This document shows positions 1 through 11,886 of a stretch of DNA of 64,000 bases, piece after piece (within the stretch, counting starts at the first letter, position 1; every line of letters starts with the position of its first letter). The DNA is from the human T2T-CHM13v2.0 reference genome, Homo sapiens, in NCBI RefSeq assembly GCF_009914755.1, contig NC_060942.1; one strand, written 5' to 3'. A program made the position numbers and the translations under genes. The notes beneath the pieces are model-generated. The model made no database searches. It worked only from the letters and a program-made list of their open reading frames with translations, and was not told where the DNA came from.

Positions 1-90
1 GTCTGGTCTTGAACTCCTGACCTCAGATGATCTGACTGCCTCTGCCTCCCAAAGTTTTGGGATTACAGGTTCGAGCCACTGTGCCTGGCC
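1..90 (-). mobile_element. Alu left arm (cut by window edge)
   Basis: GAACTCCTGACCTC...GGGATTACAGG..GAGCCACTGTGCCTGGCC is the reverse complement of the Alu 5' end; abuts the A-rich tail of the next L1. Confidence 0.95.
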
Positions 91-473
91 TTTATTATTA
101 TTATTATTATTATATTTTATTTTATTTTATTTTTCTAAGTTCTTGGGTACATGTGCAAGATGTGCAGGTTTGTTGCATAGGTAAACGTGTGCCATGGTGG
201 TTTGCTGCACCTCTCAACCCATCTCCTAGGTTGCATTAGCTCCAGCATTCATTAGCTGTTTTTCTTAATGCTCTCTTCCCACCCCCACACTCCCCTAATA
301 GGCCCCAATGTGTGTTGTTCCCCTCTCTGTGTCCATGTGTCCTCATTGTTCAGCTCCCACTTGTAAGTGACAACATGCAGTGATTTGTTTTCTGTTCCTG
401 CATTAGTTTGCTTAGGTTAATGGCTTCCAGCTACACCTGTGTCCCTGCAAAAAAACATGATCTAATTCCTTTT
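91..473 (-). mobile_element. L1PA (L1PA8-10-like) 3' UTR, 5'-truncated
   Basis: (TTA)n/(TTTTA)n tail then GGGTACATGTGCA..GTGCAGGTTTGTT..GGTGGTTTGCTGCAC..CAGCTCCCACTTGTAAGTGA. Confidence 0.9.
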
Positions 474-3400
474 CAGAGCCAGCATTTTTTGACCTCTCCC
501 TCCCCTCCAAACAAGTAATGGATGATGGCTCAGGTAGGCTTATTTCTCCTTATGAGTACCATCAACAAAACCAGGGCAGCCTGGTAATACTGGGCTGACC
601 AGATGCCCCACTGACAATAAGAAGACAGAAAAAGCTCCTTTCACACCAGGCTACTGGACCTGAGACTCTCTTTCCTTCCTAGAGACAATTCATCAGCAAG
701 GAGGATGTCACCTCCACAAGCACCTTCCCAAGAAGCACTCTTAGTTTCCTGGGCAATAGACTCTCTTTCCCCAGCTTAAGAAAACAGGCAGCTTAAAAGG
801 AGGAAGCTCCTTTTATCTCCTCAAGCAACACCAGGAGGGTTCAGTGAGAAGCCCAGCAACACGATAGGAGATAAATCAAGCTGTCCAAAATTGCCCCTCA
901 AAGTCTCTGATAATTCAGTCGTCATTAGACCCACAGCAATGGGCCAGGTCCTGTGTGCTAAACCTCCACAGGATGGCGCTGTGCTAAAATAACAATGTAA
1001 ATGGAACCAAGAGCCTGCTGACAAACATAGCTAAAAATTCTGGTTACAATAAAAAAAAAACCACCCATCATAAGGAGAATGTCACAGGTTGAATGAAAAA
1101 ACACAATCAGGTTGGGTGTGGTGGCTCATGCCTGTAATCCCAGCACTTTGGGAGGCCGAGGCAGGAGGATCACTTGAGGTCAGGAGGTTGAGACTAGCCT
1201 GGCCAATGCGGTGAAACCCCGTCTCTACTAAAAATTTAAAAATTAGCTGGGTGTGGTGATGCACACCTGTACTCGGGAGGCTGAGGCAAGAGATTTGCTT
1301 GAACCTGGCAGGTGGAGGCTGCAGTTAGCCAAGATCACACCATTGCACTCCAGCCTGGGTGATGGAGTGAGACTCTTAAAACAAAAAACAAAAACAAAAA
1401 ACAAAACAAAACAAAACAACAAACCCACAATCAACAGTTGCCCACACTGAGATGAATCAGAAGTTGGAATTATCAGACAATGACATTAAAGCAACCATCA
1501 TAAAATGTTTTAACAGTAACAAATTATCTGAAAACAGATGAAAAAAGAGAAAATCTCAGCAAAAAATAAAAATTGAAATGGTGAAAAAGAACCAAATAAA
1601 AATTATAGAATTGATAGAACTGAAAAATGCTATGATGAAAATCTTTAAAAACCCAGTTCTCTGAATAGGCTCAATGGTAGAATGAGATGACAATGGGTAA
1701 GAGAGTAAACTTAAAAAGAGATTAAAATAATTTACCCAACCTGAATAAAGATAAAAATAGACGGAAGAAAATAAAAATAAAAAACGAGTAGAGCCTCAGG
1801 AACTTGTTGCAGCAATAACAAAAGATCCAACTCCGTATTTCCAGAATCACAGAAGCAGAAAGAGTGAAGTGAAAGGGTGTTCTAAGAAATAATAAGTGAA
1901 AAGTTCCCAAATTTGTCAAAAGACATAAACCCACAGATTCAAAAAGCTGATTGAAGTACAAATAGGAAAAGCTCCAATAAGGCTTGCAAAAGAGATGATA
2001 CAAGACACGCATATTGCAAAAGAAATAATAAAACCATCCCTAATGCAGGTGACCTTGTTGTCTACATAGAAAGTACTGAATATACAAAAAGAAAAAGAAA
2101 AAAAAAAGGTCTTAGAACTGCTAAGTGAGTTCAACAAATGGTAGAATACAAGATCAACATATAAACATGAAACACGTTCTCATATGCTAACAATGAACTT
2201 GTAAAAAGTGAAAATAAAAATTCAATACCATTTGCAGTCACTCAGAAAAAAAACTATACATAGAAATATATTTAACAAAATGTGTTACAAGATGTATATG
2301 CTGAAGATTACAAACTGCCAAAGGAAATTCAAGAACACCTAAATAAATGGAGACACACTGTGTTCATGGACTTCAAGATTCAACACACTAAGAAATGTCA
2401 ATTCTCCTCAAATTGACATATAGGTATAATTCAATTCCTATCAAAAACCCAGTAGGGTTTAAAAAAAAAACATAGAGAAGCTTATTCTAAAATGTATGTG
2501 GACAGGCACAGACCCTAGAATAGCTAAAATCAACCCTGAGAAATAAAAGAGAAGTGGGAGAAATCACTCATTAGAAATTAAGGCCTTTGTGTAACTACAG
2601 TAATGAAAATAGTACTGCATTGGTAAAGAGATAGATATATAGATCAGAGAAGCAGAGAACCATAAGACAGACTGTATACTCACACAAATATGTCTGACTG
2701 GTTTTCAACAAATAAGGCGATTCACTGGAGGAAGAATAGTGGTGCCAGAGTAACGGACACCAAAGGTAACAAACCTTGACATAAATCTCACATCTCATAC
2801 AAAGATTAAGCCAAATGGATCATACACTTAGAATATGCAAAACTACTATTCTTTTAGAAAAAGAAATAGGAGAAATTCTTCAGGATATAGGGTACGGCAA
2901 AGTGTTCCTAGACATGACACCAAAAACATGATCTATGAAGAAAAAATTGATAAACTGGAATTTAAACAAATTTTAATAAAACCTTTGCTTTGGGAAAGAT
3001 CCTGTTGAAAGGATAAAAAGAGAAGCTACAAACGAGGGGAAAATACTTGTAAACCATATATCTGACCCCCCCTCAAAAATAGAGACACTACCAAATGTTG
3101 ACGAGAAACTAGAGAAACGAAAACATTGGTATATTGCCAGTGGGAATGTAAGTACAGCCACTATACAAAACAGTTTGGTAGTTTCTTACAAAACTAAATA
3201 TGCAATTATCACACCAAACAGCAATTGTACTCTTATGCATTTATTGCAGAGAAAACAAAGCTTGTGCTCACATTGCAACTTGCCCGTGAATGTTCATAGC
3301 AACTTTATTCATAATAGCCCCAAATAGGAAACAACTCATAATTCCCTCAACAGGTGAGTGGTTAAACAAATTGTGTTGTGTCCATATCATAGATTACTCC

Positions 3401-3826
3401 TCAGCAATAAAAGAGAATAAACCACAGATAGATGCAACAACCTAGATGAATCTGCAGAGATATATCCTGGCTGAAAAAAGCCAATCCTGAAAGTTACACA
3501 GGAGATGATTCCCTTTATAATACATTCTTGAAAGGATAAAATTATAGAAACGGGAAACATATCAGTGATTGCCAGAGGTTAAAGAGCAGGACAATGGGGG
3601 AGAGTGAGTGTAGTTATAAAAGGGCAGAAAAGGGAACCTTGTCGTGATGAAATGTTCTGTTTTGACTATATCAATGTCAACACCCCAATTATAATACTGT
3701 GCTATAATTTTCAAGGTGTTTCTATAAAAAAAAACCTAGGTAAAGGGCACATGGGATCTCTTGTTAATATTTCTTATAACTATGTATAAGTCTACAATTA
3801 TGTCAAAATAAATAATTTAATTTAAA
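474..3826 (+). mobile_element. Old L1M (L1MD-like) with 5' region, ORF1 remnant, internally deleted ORF2 and 3' UTR; interrupted by an Alu
   Basis: ORF1-like A-rich segment ~1440-1970; degenerate RT LFADD-region at ~2035-2070; 3' end TAAAGGGCACATGGGATCTC..TCTACAATTATGTCAAAATAAA. Confidence 0.8.
1110..1420 (+). mobile_element. AluS (Sx/Sz-like) with (CAAAA)n tail
   Basis: Dimeric Alu; TSD core CACAATCA at 1102-1109 and 1426-1433; 10-nt deletion in right arm. Confidence 0.95.
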
Positions 3827-4415
3827 TAGACTGTGTTCTAATCTTTAGAAAAATAAGATAATGGTATCCAACCCTTTTGTTACTCAGCTATCTAAAGTTA
3901 TTTTAAGTGTTTTTTTTGTGGTTGCTTTATCAATTTAATCCTTCTAAGAGGGGAATCCTGTTACCACTGCTGCTTTTAATAATGGTGATATTCTAAGGGC
4001 AATCACTCCTGTTAGAGCTTCTGAAAGGAATTGCAGACATGCAGCTGTAACCATCATAGGGAAGTTAAAAATGCCTGATAGGCTTACTTAGTTTATCCTT
4101 ATCATGAACCGCAAAGTATTAATACCTTCTACTGCTCTTGTATCTAATATCCAGAAGGAAAGTGGTTGGGAATGCCAGCATATTTTCCATGGTTTTCTAA
4201 TAAATTGCACTTCTGCTCATCTTGTCCTTGATAGAAACTGGTCCTGGTTCACTTACTGGGCAACGGTGCACACTTCCAGTAGTGCGTAGCATCGCTATTG
4301 GATCATCATCTAATCATACAAAATGAACGGAAAAATAATGCTGAGAAAATTATTTTCTGTCTCCCTCAAGAAAAAATATTGGATGCCTATTTATCATCCA
4401 TTTCTATGAATATTA

Positions 4416-4756
<341 letters not shown>

Positions 4757-6044
4757 TCACGAGTTTCTATAAAATTTAAAATGATAAAATATAATGTATA
4801 GAAGAAGACAATGTTAATCCATTTTGTTGTTTAAGAAAGAAAGTACTCAACAGCAAACTTGGATTTAAGCTTTTGCATTTTCCCTCATCCTATTTTGAGA
4901 TTATTGATTTCTCCCCACTTTGGGTTAAGTCCTGCCCCTCATTCTCAGAATCAATGATTGCCTGAAGTTGTATGTCATTTAATCAGTCCCACATTCTGTG
5001 GAATACGTCGGAATGCACATTGATTATTTTGGTCCAGTTGAAAGTTCTTCTCTATATAGAACTAAATCTTTCACTTGCCCACGAAGCCAGTAGTTTTGTT
5101 ATTCATGATCTCCCAGTAACAGCTCAGCCTCAAGGGAATTGGAATAAAACTGCGTGACTTGTGAATTGTTATTTGTCAAATCGAACTCAGATGCTGCTGT
5201 TATCCCTAGAAGTTGAGTCAGAGTCTCCCAAATCTCTCCCTTCTTAGTGCACAGATGTGACAGGCACTCATACCTTTTCAACCGAACTTGTTTTTCTCTG
5301 AAAAAATAAGCATTTCATATAAAATCCATTAATTTCTCAATAAGTATTAAGTCCTTGAGATGTCTATAAACATTTTATTTCAGTGTTACAGTTTAAATAT
5401 GATTCAGCTAGCTAGCAAATAAACACTGTAAAAGTGTATTTCTTACATTTTAAAATATGATATAACACAATGTCATATTGTAAAAATAGCATGTAAAATT
5501 ACATAATGTAAATAATACATCATGTGATGATTTTACCATCATTTATAATCAGTATACTATTTTAGGAAAAGTAGATGTCCTAAAATAAAAATTATGTCAG
5601 CTTCATTGGAAAAACCATCAGACTATTTTAAAAAGTCGGGTTACTGAATCATGGTGAGTTTTAATTAGAGAGAACTTGAGGGGTTAATGACGAAGAACTC
5701 TACCTGGAGAAGCCATATGTCTCAAACAGAAAACCTAGAGAAGAGCCAGAGGACAAGGACACCTACCCAGAAAAACCAAGTACTGTTCTGCCAGGGGCTG
5801 GCTGCTCTTAGAACTAAAAATCAGGCCTTGATATGAAAGCAAAGTGGTGAAAATGGGTAAAATACATTCATTTTAGGCAATGTAGAATAAAATAAGTGGC
5901 ATTAAAATAAAACAATCACTATTAATATATGAAATACTTGGGATTCCTCTCCTTTCTTCCTTTCTTCTTCCTCCCTTTTTGCTTATGTATTATGTGGAAT
6001 TATTTAATACTGCATTAATTACTGACTCTCAAATACGTGATACT

Positions 6045-6454
6045 TGCTATGGACTGAATGTGTCTTCCCGCTAAATTCATCTGTTAAAGGCGTCACCTCC
6101 AATGTGATTAGAGTTGGAGAGAGGGTCTTTAGGGAAGTAATTAAGGATAAATGAGGTCCTAGAGGCAGGGTCCTGATCCTACAGGAAGAGTGGCCTTATA
6201 AAAACAGACACTCCAAAGCTTCCTCCTGCCCCCTTTCTGCTCAGACACCAAAGAAAAACCCTGGGAGGACACAGAAAAAGGCAGCTGTGTGCAGACCAGG
6301 AAGAGGGTCCTCACCAGAACCTAGCCAAGCTGGTGCCTTTCTCACACTGCTCTCAGACTTCCAGCCTCTACAACGGTAAGAAAATCCATTTCTCTTATTT
6401 AAGCCACCCAGTTCGTGTCATTTTTCGTTATGGCAGCCCAAGCTGACTAAGACA
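6045..6454 (+). mobile_element. MLT1A-type MaLR solo LTR
   Basis: TGCTATGGACTGAATG...TTTAAGCCACCCAG..GCTGACTAAGACA; TG..CA ends; 5-bp TSD ATACT/ATTCT. Confidence 0.88.
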
Positions 6455-8514
6455 ATTCTTATTTTACCACATATCGAAGCTATAAAAGATAAGAGAAGTA
6501 ATTTTGAGTGACAGATATCATAGTTGAGAAAATCAAATTTGAAATGCCTTTATACAATGAACAATATGTGTGTACATGTTAACAATAATAAAATGCATAG
6601 GCAATGTACAAGAGTGTGCATAACCAATATTTTATCAAAAATATATCTGGGGCTTAGATGAAAATTAGCAGTTGGAAGGAGAGTTATGGCAGAGACTGAA
6701 TGTCCTAGCCTCAGGGTGAGTCGACCTAGAGGCGTCCCCTTGTCGGAGTGTAAGGTAAGGTTTTCTTACACTTGAACAAGACAGATATGTGTTTCTTTCC
6801 AGGGATGTCTAAGTCTACTATTCTCCCAAAGGCAAGATAAAGGATAATAATAATCTAACCAGTTACTTTTAATGTGCTGTTGAAAGTTCAAAACTCCCTT
6901 GGGACACCTGGGGCTGGCCTTTGTGCACTGCTTAGGAACGTAGAGACTGATAAATTATACCTGGTTTGACTAGCTTGGCTAAGTGACCAGTGAGATATTA
7001 AAGAAACCCGTGTGAAACTGTTGCTCAGACTTGTCTGAAACCACAATCCCTCACACAGGTCTTGATGGTTCATAATCTGAAGAACACATGTGTCCTCTGT
7101 GGCTGAGAACGGACCCCGAGGGACTTCACCTGGAAGCCTCTGTGTTCCCTAAGCTTGCTCAGTCATTCTACCTCCAGTTTGCAGCATCCTTTACCTTAAA
7201 GCCTTACATGGTTCACGTTGTGGGACCTTGTGATTCCATTCAATTGTGTGATCTTGTATATTCAGTGCAGTAGGTCATTGGGTTAACGATGGAAGTAGAG
7301 ACTTGACTAATTTTCCTACCTTTCTCGAGGCCACGTATTCACACCGTTTCTGATAATTTGTTTTCCTTAAACAATGTAATGTAGACGATTCTTGAATGTT
7401 AGGACACTGAACACAATGATCCTATAGTGCCAGTTTATCCCTCAGATATTCTTATTCTCGCTTGTTTCTACGACAAAATACTCTTTCTTCAAATTTTTAT
7501 CTGTTTAATTATGAGAGGTTATGTAGATTACCAATGAGTTCCCACCTTTCCTCTAAACAGGCTTTATTTTCATTGTAATTATTCAATGACTGAATTTATC
7601 CAAAGTAACTGACATCTATCCAAAGTTTTTATGTTGTCGCTAGTCTTCTTGGATAGATGATGAGTCTTTCATAAAGCCTGATTTTCATGGCTGTGTCTTC
7701 ATAGTGAAAAAGAGTACATGGCTTATTTAATGTTCATAAAGCAGTCCAAGGTGCCGTTTTGCACCTTGCTCTAAAGAATCTAATATACTACATAATTTTG
7801 AGTGGGGATGACTTGTTCTTGGTAATCTACTCAGCAGTTCTGTAAAAACTGGATTGCCCCTTTTTCCAGGGGTGGTCATATTAGGTATTTGTTTTTCTTG
7901 GGCAAAAGGCTCTGCCTTCTGCCAAACAAACTACTATCAGCAAGACTCATTTTGCCTTTCTCATAACAACTCTCTCTATTCTCATGTGTGCATCTTGGGA
8001 AGAATGACTGCTATTCTTTTATTTTTCTGTAGAAGTGTTGAACAAAGTGGTGATGATGCCCAAGGAAACTTCTATTTAAAGTGCTCACATCTATTGAATG
8101 CTATTGAGATAGCAATGCTATGCAAATCAATGCCCCAATCAGAGTATTGACTACTCTTACGGAAGTCCAATCATTTGATTTTTAAGATTTTTTTTACCTA
8201 TTAATATTTTACAGAATGTTTTCTTTCAAAGATCTAGCATTAAAGCATTTTATTTTAGTCTTATTTCAAAGCCCTACGTTGATACAATCATAATCATTAT
8301 GTATGAACATAATAAGATCAATAGATAAATGATTTATTTTTTCAACTATAAACAATGTTACATAAAACGGAGCAATAATGACTGATAAGAAATGCCACCA
8401 GCTCAATTAGAATACATTTAATACATTTTTCTTCTATAGAGATTGTATAAACCAATTTCGTCATATAGTTTGTTTATAAAATGGTATGAAGAGTAATATG
8501 TACTCTGTGTATTT

Positions 8515-8670
8515 CTGTATCCATAGTCTACTGCCATCACAATCTTAGTGGCTCAAAACAAACCAAATTTGTGATCCTATGCTTTGTGTGGATCAGGAGT
8601 CCAGCACACTGTTGGTGGGTCTACCCTCTGGTCTCCTAAGGCCGAAATCAATGCATCAGTTGGTTGTGTA
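8515..8670 (-). mobile_element. MLT1-type LTR fragment
   Basis: CACAATCTTAGTGGCTCAAAACA..GGATCAGGAGTCCAG..TCTCCTAAGGCCGAAATCAA resembles reverse-complement MLT1 3' end. Confidence 0.55.
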
Positions 8671-8755
8671 AGCAAATCTTGCTGGATGTTCATGCATCTC
8701 CAGATTTTGGGACGGCAATAGACCATTCTAATGGGTTCAATAAAAATCATTGATT

Positions 8756-9079
<324 letters not shown>

Positions 9080-9629
9080 TTATTGTTAAAAAGAGAAGCA
9101 ATACATTCTACCTCTTTACACGTGGAAGCAGAGATTGAAAGCCCCGACAGCTACATGGGGTTATTTTCTAACAATATTCTACCACTTAAGCTACTTTTCT
9201 CGTAACATCATTAGGTCTTAGGTAATGTCTAAAAGTTATGCTAACTTTTAATTTCTTTTTCAAGCAGGTTAAATATTTCTGATTATTCCCCATGCTGTGA
9301 AGCATTTTCTTCACTTACTCATAAGGATATAACAAAGACATAATATTACCTATTGTTTCATAAAATACCATTGCAAAATGCAGGCCATTAAATGGATCTA
9401 ATTTTCTTAAATATTCTAAATATAATGAAAAATAAGAAATAAATTATGTTAAGGTAGAAGAAGAGGAAGGAAATAAATGTATGTTTGGAAACGTTGTATA
9501 TCCTGGTAAAAAAAATTACACCAAAAATAATATTTGAAATACTATACTGAATGACTATGAAAGCCAGAAGCAAGTGATATAACAAGACAGTGGTTAAAGA
9601 TAAATGTTAAATGACTTAATTATGGAATA

Positions 9630-10368
9630 CAGTTGACCCTTTAACAATGTAGGGGTTAGGGGTGCCAACCCCTGTGCAGTTGGAAATTCACATATAACTT
9701 TTAACTCCCCAAAAAAGTAACTACTGACAGACCATGACCGGAAGCCTTATCAATAATATTAGCAGTCAATTAACTCATATTTTGTATATTATATGCATTA
9801 CATACTATATTCTTTTGTTTTTCTGAGATGGTGTCTCTCTGTGTTGCCAAGGCTGGAGTTCAGTGGCACAATCACGGCTGACTGCAGCCTCGAGCTCCCC
9901 AGGCTCAGGTGATCCTCCCACCTCAGCCTCCCTAGTGGCTGGGACCACAGGCGCCTGCCTGTTTTTTATTTTTATTTTTTATAGAGAAGAGGCCATGCCA
10001 TGTTGCCCAGGTTAAACTCAAACTCCTGAGCTCAAGCCATCTGCCTACTTTGGCCTCTCAAAGTCCTGAGATTACAGGTGTGAGCCACTGTGATCAGATC
10101 CTATATACTGTATTTTTACAATGAAGTAAGCTAGAGAAAAGAAAATGTTATCAAGAAAATTATAAGGAAGATAAAATACATTTACATTTTATTAAGTGAA
10201 AGAGGATCATCATTAAGCTCATCATCTTCCTCATCTTCACGTTGAGTAGGCTGAGGAGGAGGAAGAAGAGGGGTTGGCCTTGCTGTCTCAGAGGTGACAG
10301 AGGTGGAGGAAAACCTGGGTATAAGTGGACCTATGCAGTTCAAACCCTTATTGTTCAAGGGTCAACTG
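9630..10368. mobile_element. Tigger2a (MER28) complete non-autonomous DNA transposon containing an AluJ
   Basis: TIRs CAGTTGACCCTT.AACAA / TTGTTCAAGGGTCAACTG; TA target on both sides; internal CACGTTGAGTAGGCTGAGGAGGAGG. Confidence 0.92.
9813..10101 (-). mobile_element. AluJ inside Tigger2a
   Basis: GGCTCAGGTGATCCTCCCACCTCAGCC and CTCCTGAGCTCAAG (J diagnostics); TSD ATACTATATT/ATACTGTATT. Confidence 0.9.
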
Positions 10369-11097
10369 TAATTTATTTTCAGATTATGTAAATGGAAAAA
10401 AGGAAGTAGGAGAGTGTTGATTAATGAGTAGTTCTTTGAACTATCACCCCTCAGCTACCTTGTTTGTGGTTGAGAATAAAGATTAGAACTGTCAAAAATG
10501 AAGAAATTGTCATTACTGCTGAGAGATAAAGAGAAATATGGAATGAATTCATAAAAGGAAAATGGTAACCCTTAATAATAAGAGTACATGTCATGTTTGA
10601 GTTTTATCAAAATTCTAAGAATCAGAGGAATAGGTTTTTCATCTGTAATAGTTGAAATAAGACTTTTTAAAATATTAGATATGCTGCTATAAACATTTCT
10701 ACATAGAAACATTAACACATGCATACATGAAATAACTTTCTTAAGCATATTTTTACTTTAAAATTTGTGTTGTTATTGTTGTTTACCAAATTCGTTTCTC
10801 TTTTGCTTTAAAGTAATTATGTTAAATCATTCAATATTGAACACAATAGTCCTACTTACTTTTAGAAAATTATATTCTGGGCTACACAGCTGTGTAGAAC
10901 AAAATCACACTTCCTTTTACAAATCTTGAATAAATCTTATGCAAATTTCACATCAATTCTTATTACAAAGTAGAAATCCCATATAAAGATCATATGCCAG
11001 AGAATGAGTAAAGCCCATGAAGGCAGGAAGGGTAATTTTATATGACATTGATCTCCCTAAACCTTCCTTTGAGTACTCTACCACAGTGGGTTAGAGA

Positions 11098-11886
11098 TAC
11101 ATCAGCTTTCTACGTCCTCTGTAACTAATTACCACAAACTTAGTGGCTTTAAACAAATTTATTATCTTTAATTTCTGTAGGTCAAGAAGCCAGTGCTGGT
11201 CTCACCTGGTTAAGATAAAGGCGTGGGAAGGAATGCATTTTTTTTTTTTCAGGTTGCTCTCAGGGGAGACTCTGTAGCCTTGCCAGATACCAAATATTTC
11301 TCACATCACATCTCTGTGAACTACTCTTCTGCCACTCACTTACATTTTTAATAGCTCATGTGATTAGGTTGGGCCTTCCTGAATAATTCAGGATAAATCT
11401 CCCTATTTGAAGATCTGCTCATTAGCAAATTTAACTGTTATCTGCAAGAGTATCTTTGATTAATTCCCTTTGTCATGTAACAGTAGGGTATTGTTTTAGT
11501 TTGTTAGGGTTGCCAAAAAAAGTACTACAAACTTGGCGGTATAAACAACATACATGCTTCATCTCACAAGCTCAAATAAATTTACATTCTAATAAATGTA
11601 AATTGAAATAAAGATTGGAGGCCAGAAGACATATCTATGTGCCAAAGTTTTCCCCTTTTTATAAAGAACACCTGTCACATTGTATTAGAGTCTACCTAAT
11701 GACCCCATCTTAACTTGATCGTCTGCAAAGACCATATTTCCATAAAACGCAACATTCATAGATATTTGGAATTAGGACTTTAACATCTTTTGGAGGAATG
11801 AAACGTACCCTTGACATGTATCCACAGGAGTAATACCAGGGATTAGGAAATGGGAATTTGTTGAGGTAATTTTTCTCCCTAGCACA
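11098..11886 (-). mobile_element. MLT1D-like LTR split by an MLT1B-like LTR
   Basis: TACCACAAACTTAGTGGC..GGATAAATCTCCCTATT..ATTAGCAAATTTAA; resumes at 11817 CCACAGG..CCAGGGATTAGGA..AGCACA. Confidence 0.75.
11492..11816 (-). mobile_element. MLT1B-like LTR nested in MLT1D
   Basis: TGTTTTAGTTTGTTAGGGTTGCC...CTAATGACCCCATCTTAACTTGAT..TCTGCAAAGACC; TSD GGTAT/TGTAT. Confidence 0.75.

Noticed and set aside
5099-5281. 60-aa ORF read through from the 5297 acceptor as a terminal coding exon
   Set aside because: No recognisable homology, and a donor after 24 nt explains the signals more simply.
7657-7681. Box C (ATGATGA) followed by CTGA, possible C/D snoRNA
   Set aside because: The boxes are too close, and there is no terminal box D or closing stem at a suitable distance.
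8120-8127. Octamer ATGCAAAT
   Set aside because: Isolated 8-mer in AT-rich DNA without a canonical adjacent SOX site.
10882-10897. Perfect 16-bp palindrome CTACACAGCTGTGTAG
   Set aside because: About one is expected by chance in 64 kb (64000/4^8).
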